DNA of 38,239 nt. It comes from Chrysochromulina tobinii (taxonomy: Eukaryota). The stretch spans positions 1-38,239 of the forward strand of contig JWZX01003097.1 in assembly GCA_001275005.1 (NCBI GenBank). Direction: 5' to 3'. The position numbers and the translations under genes were made by a program. Positions 10,039 to 20,649 of this stretch are shown in pieces. The notes beneath the pieces were generated by a model. That model saw only the letters and a program-made list of their open reading frames with translations, was not told the DNA's origin and did not search any database. Position 1 is the first letter of the stretch; each line of letters starts with the position of its first letter.

Positions 10039-13000
10039 TTAGAAGGGCGACATGCCCATGGTGAGCTTGAAGCTCATGGCGGGGGCGGCGAGGAGTATGG
10101 TAGTTGCGTCCGCGAGAACGACGGCTGCCGAGATAGCCGCGCGATGGTGCGCAAGGAAGGTGTGGGGGGAGGACCGCGAGAGGCCATACCGGGTGGAATC
10201 ATGGGTGGTCGGCGCGCGTGCGTGCTTACCAAGTGCTCGCAGCGCGCGGTCGAAGGTGGGGGAGAGCGCACCCGTGGTCTCGGTAACCAGGAGGGTCACC
10301 GGGTGACCACGGCGCTGGGCGTCGGCGTAGTCGTGGCAAGGAGTCGTGGTCGCGTGTCTCGCGGATCCAGCCGGTGCCTGTGACGCGGCGCCAAGGGCCA
10401 TCAGCCTTCGCGCCCCGCTCTGGTACGCCGAGGTTGGCGACGATGAGGGCTTCCTCGGTGTTACCCATGGCGAAGCGCCCGCCGTCCGCCGTGGAGGCGG
10501 CGCCGCCCTTGTCCGTCGAGCCGAGGCCGATGGCGGGGGAGACATGGAAGGGGGTGTAGCATTTAAGCTCGTAGCAGTGCGGCTTGACACCAAACCGGAT
10601 GAAGTCCGGAACGTGGCTAGCGTTGATGTGGGCGTAGCGTTGCCTGGCGGTCTCCTTGCCAGCGGCGGTGCCATCGCCACGGTCGCCAAGGCGCAGCATG
10701 CCGGGTGGCTCGTTGGCGATGCTCAGTGAGGTGAAGGTGGTGAAGGTGGCGCGCAGCACGGCGGCGTGGCGGTGGGAATGGTTGGCTGCGTTGATGGCGG
10801 CGTCACCGAGGCGGTGGTGCTGGGTGACGTGGTGACCGGCCGCGGCGGCGGTGTCGAGGGTGGTGGCGAGCGCGCTGAGGTGGAGGCCGACACGACGCTG
10901 GGCCTGCGAGATGAAAAATTGGGAGGCGACGATGGAGCCTCGCACGCTCGTGTCGGGGAGGCGGCGGAGCCAGTCACCCGCGCCAGGCTGAGAGCAGCTG
11001 ACGAGGCGGGCAGCCTCCCGGTCGCGGACGGTGGCAAGGGAGGCATTGGCGCGATCGAACGCGTCATGGGCGGCCTTGACCGTGAACCACAGATCGCTGT
11101 TGACGACAGCCGAGAGCGACCGCTGAGTGCAGCGGTACGGTGAGGTGCTCTCGGCGCCGCCGAACAGTTCGGCAGGCTCAGGTAAGACAAAGGCGGAGGA
11201 AATGCGCGGGTGGAAGGCGCCGTGGGTGGACCCGTCGACCCATACGCGGGTGTCGCGGTCGTATTCGGCGGAGCTCGCGCGCACGCTGCCAAGGAGGGTG
11301 CGTAGGAAGACCCATGCTGCATGGAAGGCGGCGACGGTGGGGGCGGGCGAGAAGGCGATGATGGGTATGGTGGCGAGGGCGGGGCAGATGGCGCAACAGG
11401 TGGGCCAGACGGTGCAGAATGTGGCGGCGAAGGATGGATGTCGCTGGGCGAGGAGAGGCTGGGTGCCGAGGCCGCCGATGGCGATGGGGAGGCCCGCGGC
11501 GAGGAGGGCGAGCTGCCGGCGATCTTCCGGGCTGTCCGCGAAGCGGAGGAGCTCGGCGAGCGCCGTTGCGATGGCCGCGTCGGCCCACGTTGCAGCCTCG
11601 GCCGTCTGGGCAGGCGGCATGTTTTGCAGCCAATATCCCGGTATGGCATGGGCGACGAGGCGAACGAGGGTGGTGCCGAGCTGGGCGGCATGGTGGACGC
11701 GGTCGGTGTCGCACATGGCGGCGACGTGCTGCAGCGGCTTCTCAAGCCGGAGTTGGACGACAGCGAGTAGGGTAGCCGAACAGGCGTCGTCGTCGCCGAC
11801 GAAGACACCCGCGACTGGGTAGCAGCGGACGCGAGCGCGGCCGGCGGCTTGGGCGATGAAGTCGGGGTTGGTGAAGTTCGGCGACCCGGGGATGTCGGCG
11901 GGGGCAGCGGTGAGATCGCCGGCCGGCGAGTACACGAGCGCCTTGGAGGGCGCGGAGTCGACGTGGCACATCTCGTGGCACAGGCGGCGTTTGGTGGCGA
12001 GGGCGGCGAAGACGGGAGGCAAGGTGTCCTCGACGGCGGCGACGGGAGAGCCGTTGCAATAGAAGTCATCCGCCGTGGCCGCCATCTCCACCTCTGGGTG
12101 GAGGCGTTGCGCGGCCGAGCAGGCCTCGTGGTAGGCGCCGACGCAGAGGATGGTCGAGCTACCAACACCCTGGCCACCCCCCTCAAAGGAGCGTAAGATG
12201 GTGGTGCTACCGGGGCACAGGACGGTGGAGCCGTTGCTGGCGGTGGCGACGGGGATGGTGCAACCTCCGAACCAGATGGCGGCGGCGATGGCGAGGAAGA
12301 ACCTAAAGATGGGGAGGAGGCGAGGGAGGCGGAGGCGGAGGAAGTCGAATCCTGACTTCCGACAAACGCGTTGGTACATCTCCTTCACATCGTCGGAGGT
12401 GGTGGCCGAGTTGGGGTCGCGCTCCGTCCAGCCACGCGCGAGGAACGCGAGCTTGGCGGTGCCCTTTGGCGAGTAGCAGAAGTTCGCCACGAACTTGAGC
12501 GGGCGCTTGGAGTCGGCAACCGATGCTTCGGCGGCCGTGACGGCCGCGCGAGCTGCGGCGACGGCGGTGGATCCGGTGCCGAAGGCGGCATCGTGCTCGA
12601 TGGTGGCGGCGGTGAGGCGCGTCTCCGCCGCCGCGATGCGAAGTTCGCGCGCCCGAACGTCCTCGGGCAGCGGGTGGGTGAGGTGGTGGTCGAGGTCCTT
12701 GCGAATTGCAAGATTGACGACGGCCCACACCAGGCACGTCCACTTCTCGCACATGCCCAAGGGGCGGTATCCCTTCCGCTCGCCGGTCACGGCATGGAGC
12801 TTGACGAGAAGGGCCGCTCGGATGGCGCCGGCGAGGAGGTCGCGTAGGAGCGAGTGGCCCACGCCGCGGGCGACTGAGTTGATCCACCCTGTGATCGCGG
12901 CGGCGCCGCCGTGGCGCACAAGCATCTTGATAAGGCGGTTGTCTTCCGGCAAGGTGCCGGGCGCCTTGAGGTCGTGCAGGCCCTCAGCTGCGCGTGTGAC

Positions 13001-15243
13001 TTGCCGCTCAGTAAACTGGATGGGCGCGGTGCCAGGCTCGTCGGCGACGTCGGCGGCGGCGAGGGGGCGGAACGGTGTCTGCGTCGTGAAGTTGATGACA
13101 GCCCGTTTGGCGTCATCCTCCCGCGGGTCGACGGCTGGCGATGGGGAGGCGCAGCCCCAGGCCCCGCGCCAGTCGCCGTAAGAGGCGCGAAAGGCCATCT
13201 TGCGCAGTGCGTCTCCCGAGGGCTGCGTCGGGCTCGGCGGTGGGATCGGTAGGCACTCGTAGTCGATCTCCTCTTCGTCGAGCGTGGCTAAGGTGACGTC
13301 GGACTCATCGGCGACCGGGTTGAGGAGGCGGAGGGGGGCGATGTAGGCGAGCCATAGGGAGTGTGCCGTGCCAGCGAGCACTGCGCGCACCCACACGGCG
13401 GTGCGACGCCGCAGCTGTCCAGTGGTGCGCGGCTCTACCTCCGACCGAGGACGGAAGAAGACGTATGCGACCCCGAGGGTGGCCATCAGGAAGCCGAGGG
13501 CGCCGTGCAGGGTGTCCGGGGCGACACTGACGAGGTGGTGGCCGACGATGTGGGGTGCCGATAGCTCGTCGCGCTGTCGGCGGCTGTCTGGCGGGGCTTG
13601 GGCGCGGAGGTGCCTCGAGATAGCTCGAACGTCCCGGTCTATATCGATGGAGGCAAGGCAGCTCACGTCGACGTCGGCGGGGAGGGCGGGGATGGGGTAG
13701 TTGGCATCGGGTTCATCGTCGTCGCCAGTGAGGGCGGTGGTGGCGCAGGTGGCGGCGGCGGCGGCGCCGATCATCGTGGCGGCGGCCGCTGCCGTAGCTG
13801 TGGGGTGGCGTACGGACGGAATGATGGCGAGAGCCGCGCCGACGGAGCCGGGTGGGGCGATGGCGACGGCGGCGCAACGCAGTGCCGTCTCCGCGGCGCC
13901 CCACGTACCCGTGGCGACTCCGTGGACGGAGGTGCGTAGAGCCACGTGTGCCGGGCATTCACGGCAGCTGCTGGTGTGGGCGAAGAAGGAGGACCAGCCA
14001 TTGGAGGTGTCCCGGGGGAGAATGCAGCAGACGGCGGCGCACCCGACCGCTGGGCAGCGAGCGAGGGCGTGGGTGGCGAGGAGCGTCGGTGTCGCCTCAC
14101 CCACCGAGTGCTTGGTGGCGAGATGCTTGGCGAGGCACGTGCGCGATTTGTAGGAAAGGGAGGTAGCGCAGCCGGGCACTGGGCAGATGAGGGACGAGCC
14201 GTGCGCGGCGGCGTGGAGGGGCGCCAGTGGGGATGGTACGGTGGCGACGACGACCGGGGCGGCGGCGACGGCGATAGGGGAGGTGGTGACGGTGGCGGCG
14301 GTGGCAATAAAAGCAATGGGGGTGGCGGTGACGGTGGTGGCGGTGACGGCGGCGAGGGAAGTGTTGCCATGCATGGCGTGGAGGGCGGCGGCGAGCTCGC
14401 GCTTCGGTCGAAACGGGGGTGGCGCTGGCCAAGGAGCGCCCGGGGTGGGCGAGCAGCCGGGCGTCATCGAGGGGGGGGGCGGGGGGGCGGTGGTGGTGGT
14501 GGCGTGGGAGGGGGCGGGGGCAGGGGTGGTGGCGTTGGCAGCGGTGGGGGTGGCGGTGGTGGTGGGGGGGTGGGCGGTGGCGGTGGGGGTGGTTGTGGGG
14601 TCGGCGGCGGCGGCGACATGAGGAAGGCGAAGAGGGCAGGTGCAAACTGTGGCGGGCAGGAGCCGGTGGGGCTGTTTGGGCGCTTCGGTCGGCGGGTCGC
14701 GGCATCGGCTGCGTGTTCGGCCGAACCCGCGGCGATGTTGCCAGCGGTGGCGGTTAGGGCGGCCGCAGCGGCTGGGTGTTGGGCAGCAACAGCGGGGGCA
14801 AGGGTTGCGGTGAATGCGGCACCGGGTTCGGCAGGCAGCTCAAGCTTGGCATTATTGGTGTCATCGGTGGAGATCGTGGGTGTGGATGCAGGCAGTTGCG
14901 GTGAGGCAGTGGCGAGGGAGCTCGCAGCACCGTGAGCGGCTGATGTGCCGGCGGACGGTCTGCCGGGCGGGGTATGGGGTCTGGATCGTTTGTACCATTG
15001 GTTGATCGTGGCGTCGGCCGGTAGGAAATGGCCGGCGGCGGCTAGGTAGGTGGCGCACTCTTCGCGAGAAGGGTGCCCCTTGTACATGCTCCCACTGCGG
15101 TGCGTGGTCCACCGAGAGCACAGCTCCCAGTTGTCAGCGATACCGACGCCCGGGCCAAATTCGAGCGCCCTGTTGCTTGGGAGGTCGGGGACGGCCGCCG
15201 AGTAGAGCGCCTTCGATTTTTTGCCGGCATCGACGCCGACCAT
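10039..15243 (-). pseudogene. Retrotransposon polyprotein (hybrid-binding domain, poly-Pro, C2H2, RT, RLE), ~1730 aa after repairing two frameshifts
   Basis: KAPG, RPLGMCEKW, DDVKEMYQ, GGGQG, ATADD (12065-12079), LPIAIGGLG, ARLVS..GAGDWL..LP, RHAAV, PDF..ELK, ETTG. Frameshifts at the G-run ~14470-14490 and at a 13-nt insertion 10337-10349 join ORFs 14464-15609, 10226-14467 and 10039-10689. Confidence 0.88.
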
Positions 15244-15745
15244 TGTGATCAGTGCGAGGAATGTAAGCGATGGGCGAGAGAGGCGCCGGGTGTTGCGGGA
15301 GGGTGGGACGGCAGGCGGAGGCGCAAGGCGCGACGAGGTGATCGGGTTCTGAATACATATCGGATTAGGATCATGATTCTGACTCTGAGTCCGCCGCTGA
15401 TCCGCTTGGCGCCGCTCCGGCGCGCCTCGATGAGCAGTGGATGTAGAACTGGTGCTAGATGAATCAATCGCACAGGGGATCCAGCAGGAGGCACCCAAAA
15501 GGGGCACCCCCACCGGCCGCCCGCACGCTGATCGAGCTCTCGCTTTGATAACGACTCGGGTTGGGAGTACGGGTCGGGCGCATACGGGTCGGGCACATAT
15601 GACTCGCAAAACTGAAGAGGGTAGGCGGACTGGTACCGGGACATGCAGGCGGCTGCAACGGATGCACAGTGACGTCTCGGTGCCCCGACGAAGCGTCAGC
15701 GGCGGTGCAGGGGGGTGCGCGTGCGCTGCGCCTCGGGCCCGTGTC

Positions 15746-15761
15746 CCGGCTCCCCCGGTGT
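15746..15761. repeat. Right inverted repeat of the retroelement-containing unit
   Basis: CCGGCTCCCCCGGTGT, followed directly by TACCGGTAA. Confidence 0.8.
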
Positions 15762-15938
15762 TACCGGTAACTGGTACATGCGTGAGTCGTCGGAAGCCGC
15801 CACGATGCGCGAAAAATGGTATGTTTCCATGAATTCGACGTGACTTGCATGCACCATGTATCCATATATCGAGACCGGTTTCATGATCTCACACACTCTG
15901 CGAAACATGAAAAGACTGCACGTCTCAGGAGGTTGTGA

Positions 15939-17616
15939 ATGTCGGAGTGCACGCACCCGATCCATGGCGCTCCTGTCGTCGAGCCACCGGCGGGAAACAA
16001 GTCGATCATCGACATGACCGCCTCCTTTGTCGGCCGCAACGGTCCCGAGTTCGAAACGCGCATCAAGAACGAGCAGAACAATTCCAGGTTCTCATTTCTG
16101 AAGCCCAACGACCCATTCAACCCATACTACCGCGCGAAGATCATTGAGCTGGCCGGCACCTTCGCGCCCATCGCCAGCAGCGGCGACGGTGGTGGCTCTG
16201 CGGACGCCCCCAGAGCTGCGGCCGCAGACGCGAACGACAGTGGGTATGCCGAGCGTTACGCCGAGGAGCTTATCGAGTCTCTGCGAACGACCGCGATGAT
16301 CGAGTCTCTGCGTGCGACCGCGTGCGCGCTTCAGTGCGCGCTGACGGCAACGTCGGCGGCGGAGGCGGAGGCAGTATTGGTGTCGGCGGAGGCAGAGTTC
16401 CGGCACATCGGCCCGAACGCACAAATCGGCCCGAGGCGAGTCTCTGTGACAAGCCAGATTATACAACAGCCGCAGCTGTTCTCCTCTCGCCCCGTCGGCA
16501 CCGTCCAGCAGTCGTCACGCCCGCGGCTCGTGGGCTCGTTTGATGAGAGCGTTTCCTTTGGCAAGTCGGGAGCCTCGGGAGACAGCGGGAGTGAGGGCTC
16601 GACGACACCCGACGACTGTGACGTCGAATCGCCGAGGGCGCCCTGCGCAAAGTTGACGCGGGTACCCGACGACTCGGACGACGAGCCGACTGCCGCCCGA
16701 CACGGCGCCGCCCGACACGGCGCCGCCCGACACGGCGCCGCCCGACACGGTCGTCGGGTACCCGACGAGCCGCCGACGTCGCCCTGGAGCAAGGATCGGC
16801 CGGACTCGCAACGCGTGCTGCCTCGGAATGGCTCGAGATCGTTATTGCCCTTGCCGCACCCTTCTCCGCCCACGGATGCGGCGGAGGAGGCCTCGGTAGA
16901 TGAGGCAGCGGCGGAAGAGCGAAGATACTTGGCTCTTCCGCCGGCCAAGGAGGCGGATCAACGGATCTCGCGCGCCGCTGAGCTCGAGGCAGAGATGCAC
17001 TGCCTCGAGGCGGCATTGGCCTCCTCGGCAAGTATGAGCCTTGCCAGCCTACATGCACCATCTTCGACGTCGGGTCGGCGAGAGGGCACGTCGGGTAACA
17101 CGTCGGACGGCGCTCCCACGCTCATGCGCCGCAATTCCGTCATCCTGCGTGACCTGCTCGAGCACGCCGAGAACACGCGAGGGGTCCAACATCTCTTCTC
17201 GACCGAGCACCCGCGCACCCGCGAGCGGCCCGCGCGACGCCCCTTAGGTAGTGAAGAGATTTCGCCACCGACGGTGCCGCGGCCAAGTTCGCAGTTCCTG
17301 GGCGAGGCTAGGAGCAAGGCTCGCCAACCAACCATTCGGAGGTTGAGTCAAAAGTCGGTCGCGCCCAGTGCCGCGAGCCAAACCAATGTGGCCAAGGCAT
17401 GCGACGAGATGCACAGCCTCCTCTACGCGCTCCAATCGCAGGGCGTACGAATGCCGGCCGTTCCGTGGCGGGAGGAGTCATGCTCGGAGCATCTACGCCT
17501 CTTTCGGAGGCACATGGGTAGAGCGCTCTACCTGAGCCTCGTGCCTGCCTCATGGAGGCCGAGGAGCAGCAGCAACACATGCAGCAGCAGCAGCAGCAGG
17601 AGCAGCTGCAACACAT

Positions 17617-17649
<33 letters not shown>

Positions 17650-20060
17650 GCGGCGGAACAACAAATCCCGGCGGCGCGGTAGAGCGTGGCGGCGGTGGCG
17701 GCGGCGGCCGCAGCAGCAGCGCGGGCGACAGCAACGCCTCGCTTGAGAGCTACTTGCACTCGCGTTGCCTGGCCATGCCTTCGGAGCCCCGGAAGGAGTC
17801 GTGGGACATGCTGATGCTCGTGCTCATCTTGTACTCGATGTGGATGGTGCCACTGCGCATCTGCTTCGACGAGGAGGCTACCGGCTGCTGGCTCGCCTTC
17901 GAGATTCTGATCTCGATCGCCTTCATGCTGGACGTCGTGATCACGTTCAACACGGTCGTCTACGAAGCAACTACCGGCACATGGGTGCTCTCCCGCCGAC
18001 AGATTGCCCAGCGGTACCTTGGTGGGTGGTTCTGGATAGACGCGCCCGCCTCGGTTCCAGTCGAGCTGATCGACATCACAATCGACAGGTTGAGCAACTC
18101 GGGCGATACCGGCTCGCTCGGGGCTCTGCGCATGCTTCGCCTCTTTCGGCTGTTTCGGCTGCTCCGCCTCCTCAAACTCGGCGACTACATTGAGGTGCTC
18201 GAGAGCGCCGCGGACATGAACCTGAAGTTTCTCAAGATTCTCCTGATGAAGTTCCAGCTCATCGCCATCGCGCACCTCCTCGGATGCTTCTGGTTCAGTA
18301 TGTATGTGCTCAACAGCGCCGACCCTGCGCTGACGACGTGGGCGGAGACGTACGACGAGGGGAGAGCCGTCAAGGAAGGGACGAGCACGAGTCTGAAGTA
18401 CATGTACTCGATCTACTGGGCAGCCATCACACTCACCACAGTCGGCTACGGCGACGTGGTTCCGGTCAACGACAGCGAGCGCATGTACACAATCGGCGCA
18501 ATGCTCTGCGCGGCCCTCGTCTTCGGCTACATGGCGTCGGGCATCGGCCAAGTCGTCGGTTCCATGGACCGCACTCGGGCGCTTGCCGACGAGAAGACTA
18601 GCCAAATCAAGGAGTACTTGGCGTGGCGCAACCTCCCGGTGAGCCTTGCCATTCGTTTCAGAAAGTTCTATCGAGGACAACACGCGCTGCAGAATGCGTC
18701 GGTCTTCGACGAGAGGAACGAGGTCCAAATTCTCGAGGGGCTCCCACCCATGCTACGCAAAGAGGTCGAAGGCTTTGTTCAGCGACAGACCCTCGGACGC
18801 CTCCCGTTCTTTGCTGGCATGCAGATGAAAAACTCGACCTTCCAGATGGAGGTCTTCGCACTCATTCGGAACGTCTCGTACGTCAAAGGGGAGGTTGTCT
18901 TCAAGCGCGGCGAGCCCTCCCGCGCCATCATGTTCCTCTCGTCGGGCGAGGTCGTGGTCTACTCGCCCGCATCCGTCTCACCTCTCGCGCGGATCACCCC
19001 CGACACAGAGATCACGCTCATGCACGGGAACGCCGACATGGAGGTGATGCGATTCAAGCACGAGGGCTGTCTCGGTGAGACTCTGCTCACGGGGCGGCGC
19101 CGGCCTGTAACGATAGTGGCCAAGGCACACACCGAGATGCTGCTGCTGACCAACGAGGGCCTGCTCAGTCTCTTCGAAAAGAACCCCTACTCGGCGTGTA
19201 TGCTCGTTCGTCCAATTCTCCGGGAGCTCGACAGGAAGACGCGGCACGAGTTGCTAAGGTTGCGCATCCGCATGTGCACAACGTCAATCTATTCGTTCGA
19301 GTACAATGTGCTCGTCATCCAGAAGCGCTGGAAGCGCTTCGCGTGCAACCACCCGCGAGAAACCTCGATCCTCGGACGCTACTCGAGAGAATCGATCATG
19401 GCGGGTGCCCCCAAAGGTGCTCCAGCACGAGGAGCGGTAGGGCCGATGGAGGTCGAAAAGGCGGTGGCGCTGGCCGCGATCGAAGCGGCAGAAGCACGCG
19501 TCGCCGCAATGCTCAGAGAGCTCAATGTCCAGCTCGCCCACGGCCCCACCACGCCGCTGGCCCATATCAGCGCAGATCCCTCACAAGTCACGTGCTCGAC
19601 TGGTTCACATGCACGGGACGGACTGCGACACACGAGACCTCTGAGGAATCCTCCCTGGTCAGAGCTCTCCTGCCAGAGTTCTGAGGAGACCTTTCACCTG
19701 AGCTCTGAAGGGCCCTCGTACCAGAGCTCTGAGGGGCCCTCTCACCAAAAGCAGCACAGCCCCCGAAGATTAGCCAGAGCCAAAGACGTTGGCAAAGACC
19801 TCAACAAAGTCATCCAAAGCAAAGGCAAAGACCTCGACGTGAAACAACTCATTCGTCAGAAAGTGGGGACTGGTCTGGGTTCACTTGGGAATTCGCTAGA
19901 GCTCGAGGAGCTGCGCGGGGACTATATGGAACGTGACAAGGACGCGCTCTGGGCAAAAGCCGGCCTCACAACCTTGGTCTCCAAGGCCATGGATGATCAC
20001 AAGCAATTTGCAAAAAACCGAGTAGTCGGCCTTGTTCATGGCGCACAATACCTGCCATAG
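15939..20060 (+). CDS. Cyclic-nucleotide-binding (EAG/HCN/CNG-superfamily) 6TM K+ channel with N-terminal SURP/SWAP domain and IQ-like motif
   Basis: S4 LRMLRLFRLFRLLRLLKL, pore TLTTVGYGD, C-linker, cNMP domain (GEVVFKRGE...CLGE...RPVTIVA), IQKRWKRF; N-terminal IIDMTASFVGRNGPEFE...FSFL.PNDP..PYY SURP motif. Confidence 0.92.
16692..16750 (+). repeat. 15-bp coding tandem repeat x4 (ARHGA)
   Basis: GCCGCCCGACACGGC repeated four times. Confidence 0.9.
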
Positions 20061-20649
20061 AGAGTGCACGCCTTATATGATTACATGTATATGAGGCTTG
20101 AGGGTGGCGACGGACATTATGGTAAAATTATGGGGACCTAGTTTGAAGTTTCTGGTCTAGCGTGCGCTGCGTTGCGGTGCGTCATACACCTGCTTCAGAC
20201 TGTATACTGTCTAGAACAGAGCAGAAAAACCGGATCACGAATTCACGTGCGACGTGGAGCTGCGAGCTGGCGACGAGAGCGCGCGCAGCAGGCCGCTATA
20301 CACACCTCGCGAACGCTCGTGGACCGTAGAGGCGGCGGGCCGGCGGCAAGACAACGACGGTAGAATTATGACGACGGTGACAATACCCTAACCCTACTTC
20401 CCCCTCCCCCACCCACCTGATTGCTAATCACAATCCTGCCCGTAGTTATACATGTAGGGCAGCGAGCATCAGAGATCACCCTGTGTGTGCTGGGAGAGAC
20501 CGACCTCACTAGCGAAATTGAGTAGCACGAGCGAGCGAGTACATACTCAGGGGGGAACCGCGACGAAACTGATGGTTGCGCGTCTGACGTGTGAACATTC
20601 ACGAGACCCCGCGACGAGACTCGCAACTTGCTTCTTCTCCGCCGCGAGA

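Larger units (their letters stand above)
9716..15770 (-). mobile_element. RLE-type (CRE-like) non-LTR retrotransposon enclosed by inverted repeats and a duplicated TACCGGTAA
   Basis: RT plus restriction-like endonuclease ORF; TACCGGTAA at 9716-9724 and 15762-15770; ACACCGGGGG(G)AGCCGG inverted at 9729-9745 and 15746-15761. The boundaries are inferred. Confidence 0.8.

Noticed and set aside
15250..15760. Hammerhead or HDV ribozyme in the element 5' region
   Set aside because: No CUGAUGA/GAAA core found by eye and an HDV fold cannot be verified without a covariance search.
9716..15770. DIRS, Penelope or LTR classification of the retroelement
   Set aside because: No tyrosine recombinase, GIY-YIG, integrase, protease or long terminal repeats seen; the RT flanking motifs and C-terminal RH/PD/E.K fit the RLE non-LTR type.
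17550..18728. Long antisense and alternative-frame ORFs here and elsewhere (e.g. 10723-12186, 27969-29294, 31853-33013, 36204-37172)
   Set aside because: Shadow ORFs expected from high GC3 codon bias over real genes; low-complexity translations with no motifs.
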